A DNA stretch of 64,000 bases from Candidatus Eiseniibacteriota bacterium (GCA_003235575.1 QJVW01000128.1:34781-98780); one strand, 5' to 3'; shown: positions 9,581 through 18,821, counted from the stretch's first letter. Notes: generated by a model from the letters alone, not told the origin. Made by a program: numbers and translations.

Positions 9581-10002
9581 GATCCGTAGTTCGTGAACCA
9601 CGTCGTTAGGGTCACGGGCGGGATGCCCGCGGCCGTGACGGTCACGCTCACGGTGCGATAGGTCACGCCGTCGAAGATCGAGTCGGGCGCCACGGCGATC
9701 GAACGGCTGTACGCGGGAAACGCCGGAATCGGAGTCTCCGGCGGATAGTTCGAGCCCACCAGGTAGGTGAAGCCGCGGGTCGTCGCGCGCCGGTCGGCCG
9801 TGATCTCTTCGAGCTTCGTCTGGGCCAGGTGCGCCGCCACGGAGACGCTTCGCGCGTCCGACGAACGGATGGACGTCGTCGCGAAGAGCATCGCGAGCGG
9901 CAGGACCGCGAGCCCGGCAATGACGATCAGGATCGTGACCTCGATCAGCGTGAAACCCGCCGCCCTGCGCGGCCGTCCCATGCCGCGGGCGCCCCGCCTC
10001 AT
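9577..10002 (-). CDS. Prepilin-type minor pilin, PilV/GspI-like
   Basis: AAGFTLIEVTILIVIAGL prepilin N-terminus. 141 aa. Confidence 0.6.
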   Translation of the reverse strand: MRRGARGMGRPRRAAGFTLIEVTILIVIAGLAVLPLAMLFATTSIRSSDARSVSVAAHLAQTKLEEITADRRATTRGFTYLVGSNYPPETPIPAFPAYSRSIAVAPDSIFDGVTYRTVSVTVTAAGIPPVTLTTWFTNYGS

Positions 10003-10508
10003 CGGACGCGCACCGCGCCGGTTTGCGGCGCGACCTCCACGGTGTCCTGAATTCCCTGGTAGGCGAGCACGACCCGGCCGGCCGTGACCAGTTCCACGCC
10101 CGTGGTGTCTCGGGGAACGCCGTACGAGTCGTAGACGACGGCCGGCGTCGACCCGAACGACGCCGAGGCGATCGACACGCCCCTCGTTTCGGTCAGCGCG
10201 TCGAACGCGACGGCGAGCGTCGCGCCGCGGTTCGCCGGATCGGTGAGGGCGGAATCGGAATGTCCCGCGTAGACGATGTACCGGCCGGCAGCGGCGTCGA
10301 AGCGAACGCCGTGCGGCGTGCGACTTCCGACCGCCCGGTTCTGCGCGTACCGGAGATCCGAGACGACGCGTCGCGCGGCCGCGTCGAGGCGAATCTCGTC
10401 GAGCGACGTCATGCTCGGCCAGGCGGCCCAGGCCAGGATGGCGAGCAGGGTGATCACGATGGAGAGCTCGACCAGCGTGAAGCCCGCGGCGGCAGGGATC
10501 CGGCTCAT
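9999..10508 (-). CDS. Prepilin-type minor pilin, FimT/GspH-like
   Basis: MSRIPAAAGFTLVELSIVITLLAIL, then LDxxARRVVSDLRYAQNRAV, which is typical of GspH/FimT. It is the C-terminal 169 aa of the tracked 737-aa ORF. The ATG overlaps the upstream gene's TGA (ATGA). Confidence 0.6.
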   Translation of the reverse strand: MSRIPAAAGFTLVELSIVITLLAILAWAAWPSMTSLDEIRLDAAARRVVSDLRYAQNRAVGSRTPHGVRFDAAAGRYIVYAGHSDSALTDPANRGATLAVAFDALTETRGVSIASASFGSTPAVVYDSYGVPRDTTGVELVTAGRVVLAYQGIQDTVEVAPQTGAVRVR

Positions 10509-12556
10509 GACGACCTCCCGGCCTGGTCCCGCCGCCCGCTCCAGCGGGCAGCGCGCGCGGGCTCGCCGGCCAGGATCCACGCGCGGGACGCGTCCGCGGC
10601 CAGCGCCGGGGACGGCTCGTCCTGAAACGCGCGTTCGAACCAGCGCGCCGCGTCGTCGTAGCGTCCGGCCGCCGCCAGGAACGCGGCCAAGCGGGCGGCG
10701 GATTCGGCCCGGTGGGGCGCGAGGGCGCGGGCCGCGAGGAGCGCGTCCAGGGCTCGTTCCGGCGCGCCTGCCGCCGCCGCCGTCACCGCGACGTTCCAGT
10801 GCGCCTCGGGCATGTCGAACCCGACGCGCGCCGCGTCCTCGTACCACGCGAGCGCGGCGGTCGCGTCCCCTCGATCCCAGAATGCGCGCGCGGCCGCGTC
10901 GGAGTAGGCGATGGCCAGCTTTCGGGTCACGAAATCGAACCGCTCCGGGTGCCCGGCGAGAAGCGCGCTGCTGCGCGGCCAGGACGCGGGGGGTCGCCAC
11001 GCCGTGATCGCGCGCGCAGCGGCCGGCCGCGCGCGCGACGCCAGACCACGCGTGGAGAACCCGACGCCCGCACGTTCCAGATCCGCGGGGGGCGTGGCGA
11101 ACCAGACCTCGCCGCCCGCCTCGATCGCGGCCAGATCGACATCGCGAGCGCGCTCGATCCAGTGGGATCGCGGGACGCCGGCGAGGCCGTACGCATCGCC
11201 GAAGACGCAACCGCGCCGATGGCGAACCGTGAGATCGGGCCGGGCGCCGTGTTGCCGGATCCAATGCGCGGCGAGAAACGTCTCGTTGTCGCCGTCCACG
11301 ACGAGCGTCGCGCCGCGCGGCACGGAGGCGAGGAGATCGCGGCCGTAGCGTTCGGGCAGATGAAATCCGGCGCGATCGCACTGCGGATAGTGAAATGCGA
11401 TCGAGCCGACGACGGCGAGCGAGCAGGCGGCGGCCGCCAGCGGGACGAGCAATCCCTGGGACGTGCCGGGGCGAACCGCGCGGCGCGACGCGCGCAGCAC
11501 CTCCGCCGCGCCGGACCCCGCGACGAGCGCGCCCATCGCCACGACCGGGATGAGGAACGGTTCGACCTGCGCCAGATGCTCGGCGTCGGGCGTGAACCGC
11601 ACGACGGCCGCCAGACCGACGGGCACGGAGAGCGCGGCGAGCACGGGCACGCGCAGGCCGCTCCAGGCGCGGCCCGCGGCGCCGGCGCCCGCGCGGCGGG
11701 CACGGCGACGGACGAGGACGATGCCCGCGACCAGCCCCAGCGCGAGCGCCACGGGCCCCAGGCTCGACGCGACGACGCGCGACATGCCCGCGATGGCGTC
11801 CACGAAGAGTTCGAGGCGGGGAGGATTCTGGGCCACCGCTCCGTACGCGCCGCGCGAGAAGACGTCCGCGAGCGCCTCCAGCGGTGCGCGCGATTTCCAC
11901 GCGTAGCCGGAACCGGCCAGCACGCGAAGCGGCACCACCAACGCCGGCGTGAGCCCCAGGACGATCCAGCCGGCCGCCCGGGCGACGCGCCCCCAGGTGA
12001 ACCACCGCGCCAGCACCCACGCGGCCAGGACGAGTGCGGGCGCGGCAAGCGTCTGGTGCGCGAGGTACGCGAGCCCCACGAAGAGGAAGAAGAGCGCGTC
12101 CGCGCGGCGACCGGCGCCGGCGCGGGACCGCGCGTTCCACGCGAGGTGGACGAGGGAAAGGAAGGCTGCCGCCGCGAGGCTGTAGACCTCCGCCTCGACC
12201 GCGGACCGCCACACGGCAATCGACGTGGCGTAGAGCGCGGTTGCCGCGGCCGCGCCGAATCGACCGACGCCCGACCGCCGGGCCAGCGACCAGAGCAGGG
12301 CCGCCGCGATCGCGGCGAAGATCAGCGAGAGCGCGTTCACCCGGAGCGCCAGCGAACCGAGCGGAATCGCGGCGACCGCGCTGGCGGCCGTCGCCCAGAG
12401 CGGATACCCCGGCGGATGGGGCACGCCGAAGGTGGAGGCGGCGAGAAGCAGCTCCCCCCCATCTCCCGCGCCGACACCCGGCGCCAGGGTACAGGCATAG
12501 AGCCCCGCCGCCAGCGTTCCCGCCAGCGCGCTTTCCGCAGCCTTCGCCGATCGCAT
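10505..12556 (-). CDS. DUF2723/TMEM260-like GT-C fold membrane glycosyltransferase with C-terminal TPR repeats
   Basis: 683 aa. Polytopic N-terminal region with a periplasmic-loop acidic motif (GDGGELLL) and PGYPLW. C-terminal TPR-like helices (ALAWYEDAARVG...RYDDAARWFERAFQ). Located between pilA and the minor pilins. Confidence 0.55.
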   Translation of the reverse strand: MRSAKAAESALAGTLAAGLYACTLAPGVGAGDGGELLLAASTFGVPHPPGYPLWATAASAVAAIPLGSLALRVNALSLIFAAIAAALLWSLARRSGVGRFGAAAATALYATSIAVWRSAVEAEVYSLAAAAFLSLVHLAWNARSRAGAGRRADALFFLFVGLAYLAHQTLAAPALVLAAWVLARWFTWGRVARAAGWIVLGLTPALVVPLRVLAGSGYAWKSRAPLEALADVFSRGAYGAVAQNPPRLELFVDAIAGMSRVVASSLGPVALALGLVAGIVLVRRRARRAGAGAAGRAWSGLRVPVLAALSVPVGLAAVVRFTPDAEHLAQVEPFLIPVVAMGALVAGSGAAEVLRASRRAVRPGTSQGLLVPLAAAACSLAVVGSIAFHYPQCDRAGFHLPERYGRDLLASVPRGATLVVDGDNETFLAAHWIRQHGARPDLTVRHRRGCVFGDAYGLAGVPRSHWIERARDVDLAAIEAGGEVWFATPPADLERAGVGFSTRGLASRARPAAARAITAWRPPASWPRSSALLAGHPERFDFVTRKLAIAYSDAAARAFWDRGDATAALAWYEDAARVGFDMPEAHWNVAVTAAAAGAPERALDALLAARALAPHRAESAARLAAFLAAAGRYDDAARWFERAFQDEPSPALAADASRAWILAGEPARAARWSGRRDQAGRSS

Positions 12557-12588
12557 GTGCGTCGTGTCCCCTATCCGAACAACGCGAC

Positions 12589-12615
12589 GGCGAGGCAGGA
12601 CCTCCCCGCCTCGCC
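12589..12615 (-). terminator. Putative stem-loop or weak terminator/attenuator downstream of pilA
   Basis: GGCGAGGC-(11 nt)-GCCTCGCC inverted repeat in the pilA-to-GT intergenic region. No strong U-tract. Confidence 0.3.
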
Positions 12616-12644
12616 GCGCTCAGGTCCGCCGTTGGGCGGTGATA

Positions 12645-13025
12645 TCAGTACGAGGAGTAGGCGTTCAGGTTCACCTTCGCGATGCCGGTGGTGGCGTTGT
12701 ACTGCCAGCCGCCCGTTCCGTCGATCCCGGGCGTCACCTTGACCGTGTTCACGTTGTTGACCGGCTCCTTCGGCACGCGACCGTCCGCGAAGATCGTTCC
12801 GTCGAGCGCCGGGAACGTCGCGTTTCCGTTGAGCGCGTTGCGCGCGTACTGGATCGCGATCGCCGAGCGGATCGAGCCGAGCTGACCCTTGATCGTGGCG
12901 ACGCGCGCCTGCTCGCGCATGTCCTCGTACTTCGGGATCGCCACCGCGGCGAGAATCCCGAGAATCACGATCACGATGACCAATTCGATCAGCGTGAAGC
13001 CCGACTCCCCCTGCTTCCGGTTCAT
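12645..13025 (-). CDS. pilA: Type IVa major pilin PilA
   Basis: 126 aa. Leader MNRKQGESG|FTLIELVIVIVILGILAAVAIP has G-1, F+1 and E+5. Small C-terminal domain ending ...NLNAYSSY. Confidence 0.85.
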   Translation of the reverse strand: MNRKQGESGFTLIELVIVIVILGILAAVAIPKYEDMREQARVATIKGQLGSIRSAIAIQYARNALNGNATFPALDGTIFADGRVPKEPVNNVNTVKVTPGIDGTGGWQYNATTGIAKVNLNAYSSY

Positions 13026-13144
13026 AATGAAAACCTCCGTACCAAGCGGACCTGTAAGTTCAGCCCATCCAGGGGCTGCGGCTGTGCATGGGGTTACGCG
13101 TAATGGATCGGCCGGGGGGCGCGGTTCTTTAGAGCCACTTTCGC

Positions 13145-14362
13145 CTAGTGCCGGAAGGCGTTCATCAGGTTCCAGAGCGGCAGGAAGACCGCGAGGGCCG
13201 TGAAGAGGATCACCCCGCCCAGAACCGCCAGGATCATCGGCTCCAGCGCGGCGGAGAGGTTCTTGAGCGCGTAATCGACGTCCCTGTCTAGATATGCGGC
13301 CCCTCGGGCGAGCATCTTGTCGAGCGCGCCCGTCTCCTCGCCGACGCCGATGATCTCGACGACCAGCGGTGGGATGACCTTGCTGCCCCGGACCGGGTCG
13401 GTCAGCCCCTGGCCCGCGACCACGCCATCGCGCATCCGATCCACCTCGTCCTCCACGACCTTGTTCCCGAGGACGCCCCGGGCGATGTCCAGGGCGCGGA
13501 CCACCGGGATGCCGGCGGTGAGGAGCGCGGCCAGGACTCGAATGAACCGCGACACCACGAGCTTGCCCAGCACGACGCCGAACACGGGCACCGCGAGCAC
13601 CAGTTCATCCAGCCGCCTGCGTCCCGCGGGCGTGCGGGACCAGAGCACGCCTCCGATCGCGCCGGCGATCACGACAAAGAGGACCAGGAACCACTGTGTA
13701 TCGAAGAAGTCGCTGATCCCCATCAGCACTCTCGTCGGAAGCGGCAGTTCGGATCCCAGACCCCGGAACAGCGACGCGAAGCGCGGGAGCACGAACTTCA
13801 CGAGCACGAGGAACGCCACCACGAGTTCGATGCCGATCACCATCGGGTAGAACGTCGCCGAACGCAGACGCTGGTCGGTTTCTTCGCTGTACTCGAGAAT
13901 CGAAGCGATGCGGTCGAGCATCTCCGTCAGGAGACCGCTCTCCTCGCCGGCGTGAATCAGGCTCGCGTAGAGCTCCGGAAAGCAGCGAGGATGGCGCGCC
14001 ACGGCCTCCGTGAGCGTGCTGCCCTGCGCGATGTCGCCCCGGATCTGGTCGATCGCCTCGCGCAGCATTCGATTCGTCGCCTGCTCGCGCAGCATGCCGA
14101 GGGCCGTCACGAGCGGAAGCCCCGCGTCGAGCATCGTCTCGAGCTGACGCGTGAACAGGATCAGATCCCGCGTTCCCACCCTCCCGCCGAAGATCGGGAG
14201 CGCGCGGGGGCGGCGCGCCGCCGCGGCCCGCGGCGCCAACTCGATCGGGGTGAGTCCCATCGCGTGAACCTGCGCGATGGCGGCGTCGAGGTCGGGCGCC
14301 TCGACCGCGCCGTGGCGCGCGTCGCCCGTGGCCGCCACGGCGCGGTAGCGGAACGCCGGCAC
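13145..14362 (-). CDS. pilC: Type IV pilus platform protein PilC (GspF family)
   Basis: 405 aa. Two T2SSF repeats and three TM segments. Confidence 0.85.
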   Translation of the reverse strand: MPAFRYRAVAATGDARHGAVEAPDLDAAIAQVHAMGLTPIELAPRAAAARRPRALPIFGGRVGTRDLILFTRQLETMLDAGLPLVTALGMLREQATNRMLREAIDQIRGDIAQGSTLTEAVARHPRCFPELYASLIHAGEESGLLTEMLDRIASILEYSEETDQRLRSATFYPMVIGIELVVAFLVLVKFVLPRFASLFRGLGSELPLPTRVLMGISDFFDTQWFLVLFVVIAGAIGGVLWSRTPAGRRRLDELVLAVPVFGVVLGKLVVSRFIRVLAALLTAGIPVVRALDIARGVLGNKVVEDEVDRMRDGVVAGQGLTDPVRGSKVIPPLVVEIIGVGEETGALDKMLARGAAYLDRDVDYALKNLSAALEPMILAVLGGVILFTALAVFLPLWNLMNAFRH

Positions 14363-14365
14363 CGG

Positions 14366-16099
14366 CTAGGCCTCCGGAACGCGCGGCGCGCCGTCGAGGA
14401 TCGTGACGTCGTGCATCGTGACGCGGAGCGCTTCCTCCAGCGTCGTCAGTCCGGCCGCCGCCTTGCGGGCCGCATCCTCCGCGAGCGTTCGCATGCCCGC
14501 ACGGCGCGCGGCGCGCGCGATCTCGTCGGAAGCGGCGTGGGCGGCGATCATGCCGCGGATCTCGTCCGTGACCTCCAGGACCTCGTAGACGCCCAGGCGC
14601 CCGCGGTAGCCGGTGTCGCCGCACGCGCGGCACCCGGCGCCCTGAACGAACGGACCGGCGTCGCTCCCCAGGCCGAGGGAATCGAGGATCTCGGTCGGTG
14701 GGTCGACGCGCCTGCGGCACTTGTCGCAGACGCGCCGGACGAGCCGTTGGGCCACGATCCCGTTCATCGCCGAGGCGAGAAGGTAGGGGGCGATCCGCAT
14801 GTCCAGAAGCCGCGGGATGGCCCCGGCGGCGTTGTTCGTATGGAGGGTGGAGAACACGAGGTGCCCCGTGAGCGCGGAGCGGACCGCGATTTCGGCGGTA
14901 TCGTCGTCGCGCACTTCGCCCACCAGGATGACGTCGGGGTCCTGGCGCAGGAGGGCGCGGAGGCCGCGGGCGAACGAGAGACCGATGTCGGGATCCACCT
15001 GGGTCTGGCGCACCGCCGGGACGTGGTACTCGACCGGATCCTCCAGCGTGACGATGTTCCGGCTCACCGTGTTGATGGCGTGAATGCAGGCGTACAGCGT
15101 CGTCGTCTTGCCGCTTCCCGTGGGGCCCGTCGCCAGGACGATGCCGTTCGGGCGCCCGATCATCCCCTGCAGGACTGCGAGCGCATCGGGCGCGATTCCG
15201 AGTTCCGCCAGACCCCGCAGCGGCGAGGTGAGATCGAGAAGGCGAAGCACGACGTTCTCGCCGTGAATGGTCGGGAACGTCGAGACGCGGAGATCGTATT
15301 CCCGGCCCGCGATGACCGTGCGGATCCGCCCGTCCTGGGGCAGCCGCCGCTCGGCGATGTCGAGCGAAGCCATCACCTTGATGCGGGAAGCGACCGAGGC
15401 GTAGATGCCCTTCGCCTGCGAGGAGACCTCCTGAAGCTGGCCGTCCACGCGGATGCGGATGCGAAACGTCGTGTCGTCGGGCTCGATGTGAAGGTCGGAA
15501 GCCCCCGCGCGCGCGGCCTGCTCGATGATGGCGTTCACGAAGCGAATGATCGGGCCGTCCTCCTCGGGACGGACCGCCACCGCGGCCGCGGCCTGCCGCA
15601 GCGTTTGCTCCTGAACGATGGAGTCGAGATGCCCCGACGTCGGAGCGTGGCGCTCGATCGCGTCGAGAATCTGGGATTCGAGGGCGACGACGGCGTCGAC
15701 TTCGAGGCCGGTGCTCACCCGGATCTCGTCGCGGGCCACCACGTCGAGTGGATCGGCCATGGCGACGGTCAGCGTGTTTCCGATCTTGAAGAGGGCGACG
15801 GCGAGGTATTGGCGCGACACACGTTCGGGAACGAGCCGCACGATCTCCGGCTCCAGCACGTAGGTGGAGAGGTCCATGCGCGGCACGCCCAGTTGCTCTT
15901 CGTAGTAGTCGAGGATCGCGGATTCGGGCACGAGGTCGCCGCGCCGGAGCACGTCGCGAAGGGACGCGCCGGTGCGCCGCTGCTCATCGAGCGCGGCCGC
16001 CAGCGCTTCCCTCGTCAAATGACCCTGCTCGACCAAGCACTGGCCGAGCGGTTTGCGTCCACCTGACTCCATGGGGGTGCCCTCCTCCGCGTCCGGCAC
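14366..16099 (-). CDS. pilB: Type IV pilus assembly ATPase PilB (GspE family)
   Basis: 577 aa. N-terminal GSPII_E_N domain, Walker A GPTGSGKTT, Asp/His boxes and a tetracysteine motif CxxC...CxxC. Confidence 0.9.
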   Translation of the reverse strand: MPDAEEGTPMESGGRKPLGQCLVEQGHLTREALAAALDEQRRTGASLRDVLRRGDLVPESAILDYYEEQLGVPRMDLSTYVLEPEIVRLVPERVSRQYLAVALFKIGNTLTVAMADPLDVVARDEIRVSTGLEVDAVVALESQILDAIERHAPTSGHLDSIVQEQTLRQAAAAVAVRPEEDGPIIRFVNAIIEQAARAGASDLHIEPDDTTFRIRIRVDGQLQEVSSQAKGIYASVASRIKVMASLDIAERRLPQDGRIRTVIAGREYDLRVSTFPTIHGENVVLRLLDLTSPLRGLAELGIAPDALAVLQGMIGRPNGIVLATGPTGSGKTTTLYACIHAINTVSRNIVTLEDPVEYHVPAVRQTQVDPDIGLSFARGLRALLRQDPDVILVGEVRDDDTAEIAVRSALTGHLVFSTLHTNNAAGAIPRLLDMRIAPYLLASAMNGIVAQRLVRRVCDKCRRRVDPPTEILDSLGLGSDAGPFVQGAGCRACGDTGYRGRLGVYEVLEVTDEIRGMIAAHAASDEIARAARRAGMRTLAEDAARKAAAGLTTLEEALRVTMHDVTILDGAPRVPEA

Positions 16100-16194
16100 G
16101 GGAAGGCGCCGGGGCTCGATTCCGGTATCGGCTCCTTGCGATCGAATCTGGAGGGCGGTTTCGGCGGGGTCCCGGCGCGAGGCGCCGAGGGGCG

Positions 16195-17439
16195 CTAGCG
16201 CTGGAAGGCGTTGGGATCGATATCCGGGGCGTCGAAGTCGGGGGCCAGCTCGGGCTCCTGGTCGATCTCGGGACGGGCGTCCGCGCCAAGGTCCGAGAGG
16301 GTCAGTTCCGTCCAGGCCAGAACTTCCTTGGGCTCCTCCGATGCGACCCGCGCCGACGGCTCGGCGGCGGTGGCGACGGCGGCCGAGTCGGCGACGGCGG
16401 CCGAGTCGGCGACGGCGGCCGAGTCGGCGGGAGCAGGGACGGCGGCCACGGTGTCGGCGGAGGCGGAATCGCCGGTGGTGAAGGAGGAGTTCGGCGCCGC
16501 GATCGCGCTGTCGGGGCCGGCCGCGAGACGATCAGCGGCCGGCGGGACCGCCTTCACCTCGGACTGAAAGACGGAGCGGGCGAATCCGGTCAGGGGTACC
16601 GCGGCGTTCTTCCAGAACGTCTGGGTTAGAACCAGGTGGTACTCCCGCCCCCCCTCTTCCGCCACTGGCCACCGGTCGGTGCCGGCGCGAACCACCTGCT
16701 CGACGGTGGAGGGCACGAGCCGCTGGCCGAGGAGAAGCGTATCGGGACCCACCACGGTGTGGATCGGCGTGATGGTGGGGTCGTACTCGAATAGCTCGAA
16801 ACTCGCGACGTCGCCGGACGCACGCGAATACCGCGTCGTGCCCACCGGGTATTCGTAGAGCTTTCCTCCTGGCGTGAGCACTTGGTAGCGCAGCATGACG
16901 AAGGAGTCGGCGTCGGAGACCGTCGTGGGCGCCGTCGGCGCGGGATTGAGATCGCGGGGAGGCGAACTGGCGTCGCCGGGCTCGGCGGTTTCGAGGATCT
17001 GGGAGCCGTCTCCGCCGGGAAGCAGATCCTGTCCGCGCAGCGCCGCGGGGGCAAAGAAGCCCCGTTCGATCCGTTCCGTGCCGCGTCCATCGGTGGTCTT
17101 CAGTTCCACCCAAAGCCCCCACCGACCCTGGCCCAACTCCTCCTTCGCGACGACCGCCAAGCGTTGGTCGTACTCGCGCACGGCCGATCCGCGACTCTGA
17201 GACCGGCCGTGGTACGAAACCCACGTGCCGACCAATTCGTGAGGCGGCAGCTTCAGGCTGCGGAGCTTGAGGGATTGCGCCCGAGCGCCGGCGGCCGGCG
17301 GGAGGAGGAGCAGGAGGCCGACGAGCGGCACGAGGATCCGCGCGTTCGTCGGCTTAGTCCCAGTGCGAGATATGCTCGACCGCCTCGTCATAATCGAAAT
17401 CCGGGCTCTGCTCGCGCGTGTGACAGCGCATACAGGCAT
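16195..17439 (-). CDS. Secreted hypothetical protein with a C-terminal (ADSAAV)n repeat and an acidic tail
   Basis: Signal peptide (LVPLVGLLLLLPPAAGARAQS). The start may be the internal MTRRSS. No recognisable domain. The C-terminus carries a tandem hexapeptide repeat encoded by the 18-bp repeat. Confidence 0.4.
   Translation of the reverse strand: MPVCAVTRASRARISIMTRRSSISRTGTKPTNARILVPLVGLLLLLPPAAGARAQSLKLRSLKLPPHELVGTWVSYHGRSQSRGSAVREYDQRLAVVAKEELGQGRWGLWVELKTTDGRGTERIERGFFAPAALRGQDLLPGGDGSQILETAEPGDASSPPRDLNPAPTAPTTVSDADSFVMLRYQVLTPGGKLYEYPVGTTRYSRASGDVASFELFEYDPTITPIHTVVGPDTLLLGQRLVPSTVEQVVRAGTDRWPVAEEGGREYHLVLTQTFWKNAAVPLTGFARSVFQSEVKAVPPAADRLAAGPDSAIAAPNSSFTTGDSASADTVAAVPAPADSAAVADSAAVADSAAVATAAEPSARVASEEPKEVLAWTELTLSDLGADARPEIDQEPELAPDFDAPDIDPNAFQR
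16375..16428. repeat. Perfect 3 x 18-bp tandem repeat (gacggcggccgagtcggc), with degenerate flanking copies
   Basis: Directly visible at 16375-16428. In frame within the 16195..17439 CDS, where it encodes ADSAAV x3. Confidence 0.8.
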
Positions 17440-18673
17440 CGGGGCCGACGGGATTGCTTCCGTCGGGGTGCTTGGTCCCCATGCCGTGGCAATTCTCGCA
17501 CTGTACGTTCACCAAGTCGGGCGTGCTTTGCCGCGAGATGAATCCGCCCGCCTGGCCAAGGCCGACGACATGGCAGGCCAGGCACTCGGGGGTCGCGTCG
17601 CGCTGCTGATCGACAAGCGTCTGGAAGGCGTGCGCGTGCGGGTTGTCCTTGATCTTCTCGTACTCGGCCTCGTGGCACCGCCGACAGGTCTTCTCGCCCA
17701 GGTAGTGGTCCCCGGCCAGTTGGGCCTGGGTGGCCTGCTGTTGCGCCTGGGCCTGCGCGGCGTTCTGGGCCTGGAAGCGGCGGTTCATCTCGTCGCTGAA
17801 CGAATCCACCATCTCGTTCATCGTCTCATCCGCGGGGACCTTGTCGTCCAGCACCGTCACTTCGCCGTCGAACGAAGCGATCTTCCGATCCTCCACGACC
17901 AAGTGGACCGCCGGGATGTGCTGCCCACGCTCCCCGCCGCGCACGGTGATCACGTCCTGGGTCTGGACGATCTGCTTGAAGAGCCCGCTCTGATGTCCGA
18001 AGACCATCACGTCGATCCCGGGGGCTTCGATCGTGAGCTTTTGCCCCTCGACGTAGCCGAGGTGGGAAAGCATCACGACGATATCCGCCTTCTTGTGAAG
18101 CTCGGGGATCAGTTTCTGGGCGGTCGCGACGGGATCGAGGACCTCCAGCGCCGGGTCATCCGGGAAGGAGCGGAACTTGGCGTCCTTGAAGATCAATCCC
18201 GTGAACGCGACCTTGACCCGTCCGGCGCGCTTGATCACGTACGGCTTCACGAAGGGCTTCTTCGAGTCGGCGTAGACGATGTTCGCCGCCACCAGATCGA
18301 TCTTCGTGTTCTTGAACGCATCGAGCAGGAACTTCTGCCCGTGGATGAGCTCGCGCTCCCCGATCGTGGCCACGTCGTAGCCGAGCCGGTCCATCGCGTC
18401 GACCATGAACGCGCTCTTCAGGGAATCCTGCACGCCCCCCGCGCCGAAGAAGTCTCCCGCGTCGACCAGGAAGTGATTCGGAAATTTCGTCGCACCGATC
18501 TTGAGTTGGCTCGCCCTCCGGGCGAGCCCGCCTAGCGGGTGCGCGTGTCAGCCACAGGGGGCGAGCTCTCCGTACACATCCGTGGTGCTCTGAATCAGGA
18601 TGTCGACGGGAGCGCTCTTCCCTTGGAGCGACGCGGCCGCCGTAAGTCCAAGGGCCGCAAGAAGAAAAAGCAT
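17354..18673 (-). CDS. Signal-peptide 5'-nucleotidase/metallophosphoesterase-like domain (degenerate metal site) fused to a C-terminal tetraheme cytochrome c; contains one in-frame TGA at 18548-18550, so either a candidate selenoprotein or a pseudogene
   Basis: The ATG at 18673 gives MLFLLAALGLTAAASLQG|KSAP (Sec signal) ...ILIQSTTDVYGELAPCG-TGA-HAHPLGGLARR...FLVDAGDFFG...GERE...VFGHQ. This is the 5'-NT motif order with substituted metal ligands. Four CxxCH motifs follow: CRRCH, CLACH, CENCH, CMRCH. The tracked ORF starts only at the GTG at 18433, in the same frame. Confidence 0.55.
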
Positions 18674-18780
18674 GTATCGCACGCGGGTCAGGTGAATCAC
18701 CTCCTTGTCTGTCTGCTACTCATCGGCACAATGACGTAAGACTATACCCCGCTGCACGCCATCGGTTCAAGAAAGCCCGG

Positions 18781-18821
18781 AAAAACAGGGGCGGGGCGGG
18801 AACCGAATCCCGCCCCGCCCC
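18781..18821 (-). terminator. Rho-independent terminator downstream of the HU gene
   Basis: 13-bp perfect GC stem (GGGGCGGGGCGGG / CCCGCCCCGCCCC) with an 8-nt loop. On the minus strand it is followed by a TTTTT run. Confidence 0.5.

Noticed and set aside
9999-12212. 737-aa minus-strand ORF tracked as one protein
   Set aside because: Only the C-terminal 169 aa (from MSRIPAAAGF) is a real gene, the FimT/GspH-like pilin. The upstream 568 aa are an out-of-frame overlap of the DUF2723 GT gene.
13026-13144. Sigma-54 (GG-N10-GC) promoter upstream of pilA
   Set aside because: The candidate TGGC...GC has 12-nt spacing, not 10. No convincing -24/-12 match by eye.
10712-16066. Plus-strand ORFs of 676 aa (10712..12742) and 704 aa (13952..16066)
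   Set aside because: Antisense to the GT, pilC and pilB genes. Arg/Gly/Asp low-complexity.
18508-18530. GC-rich hairpin 20-40 nt after the in-frame TGA as a bacterial SECIS
   Set aside because: Not rejected outright but not accepted. An 8-bp GC stem is expected by chance at 70% GC. It starts further from the UGA than the E. coli paradigm and lacks an obvious bulged U. Kept only as part of the selenoprotein hypothesis.
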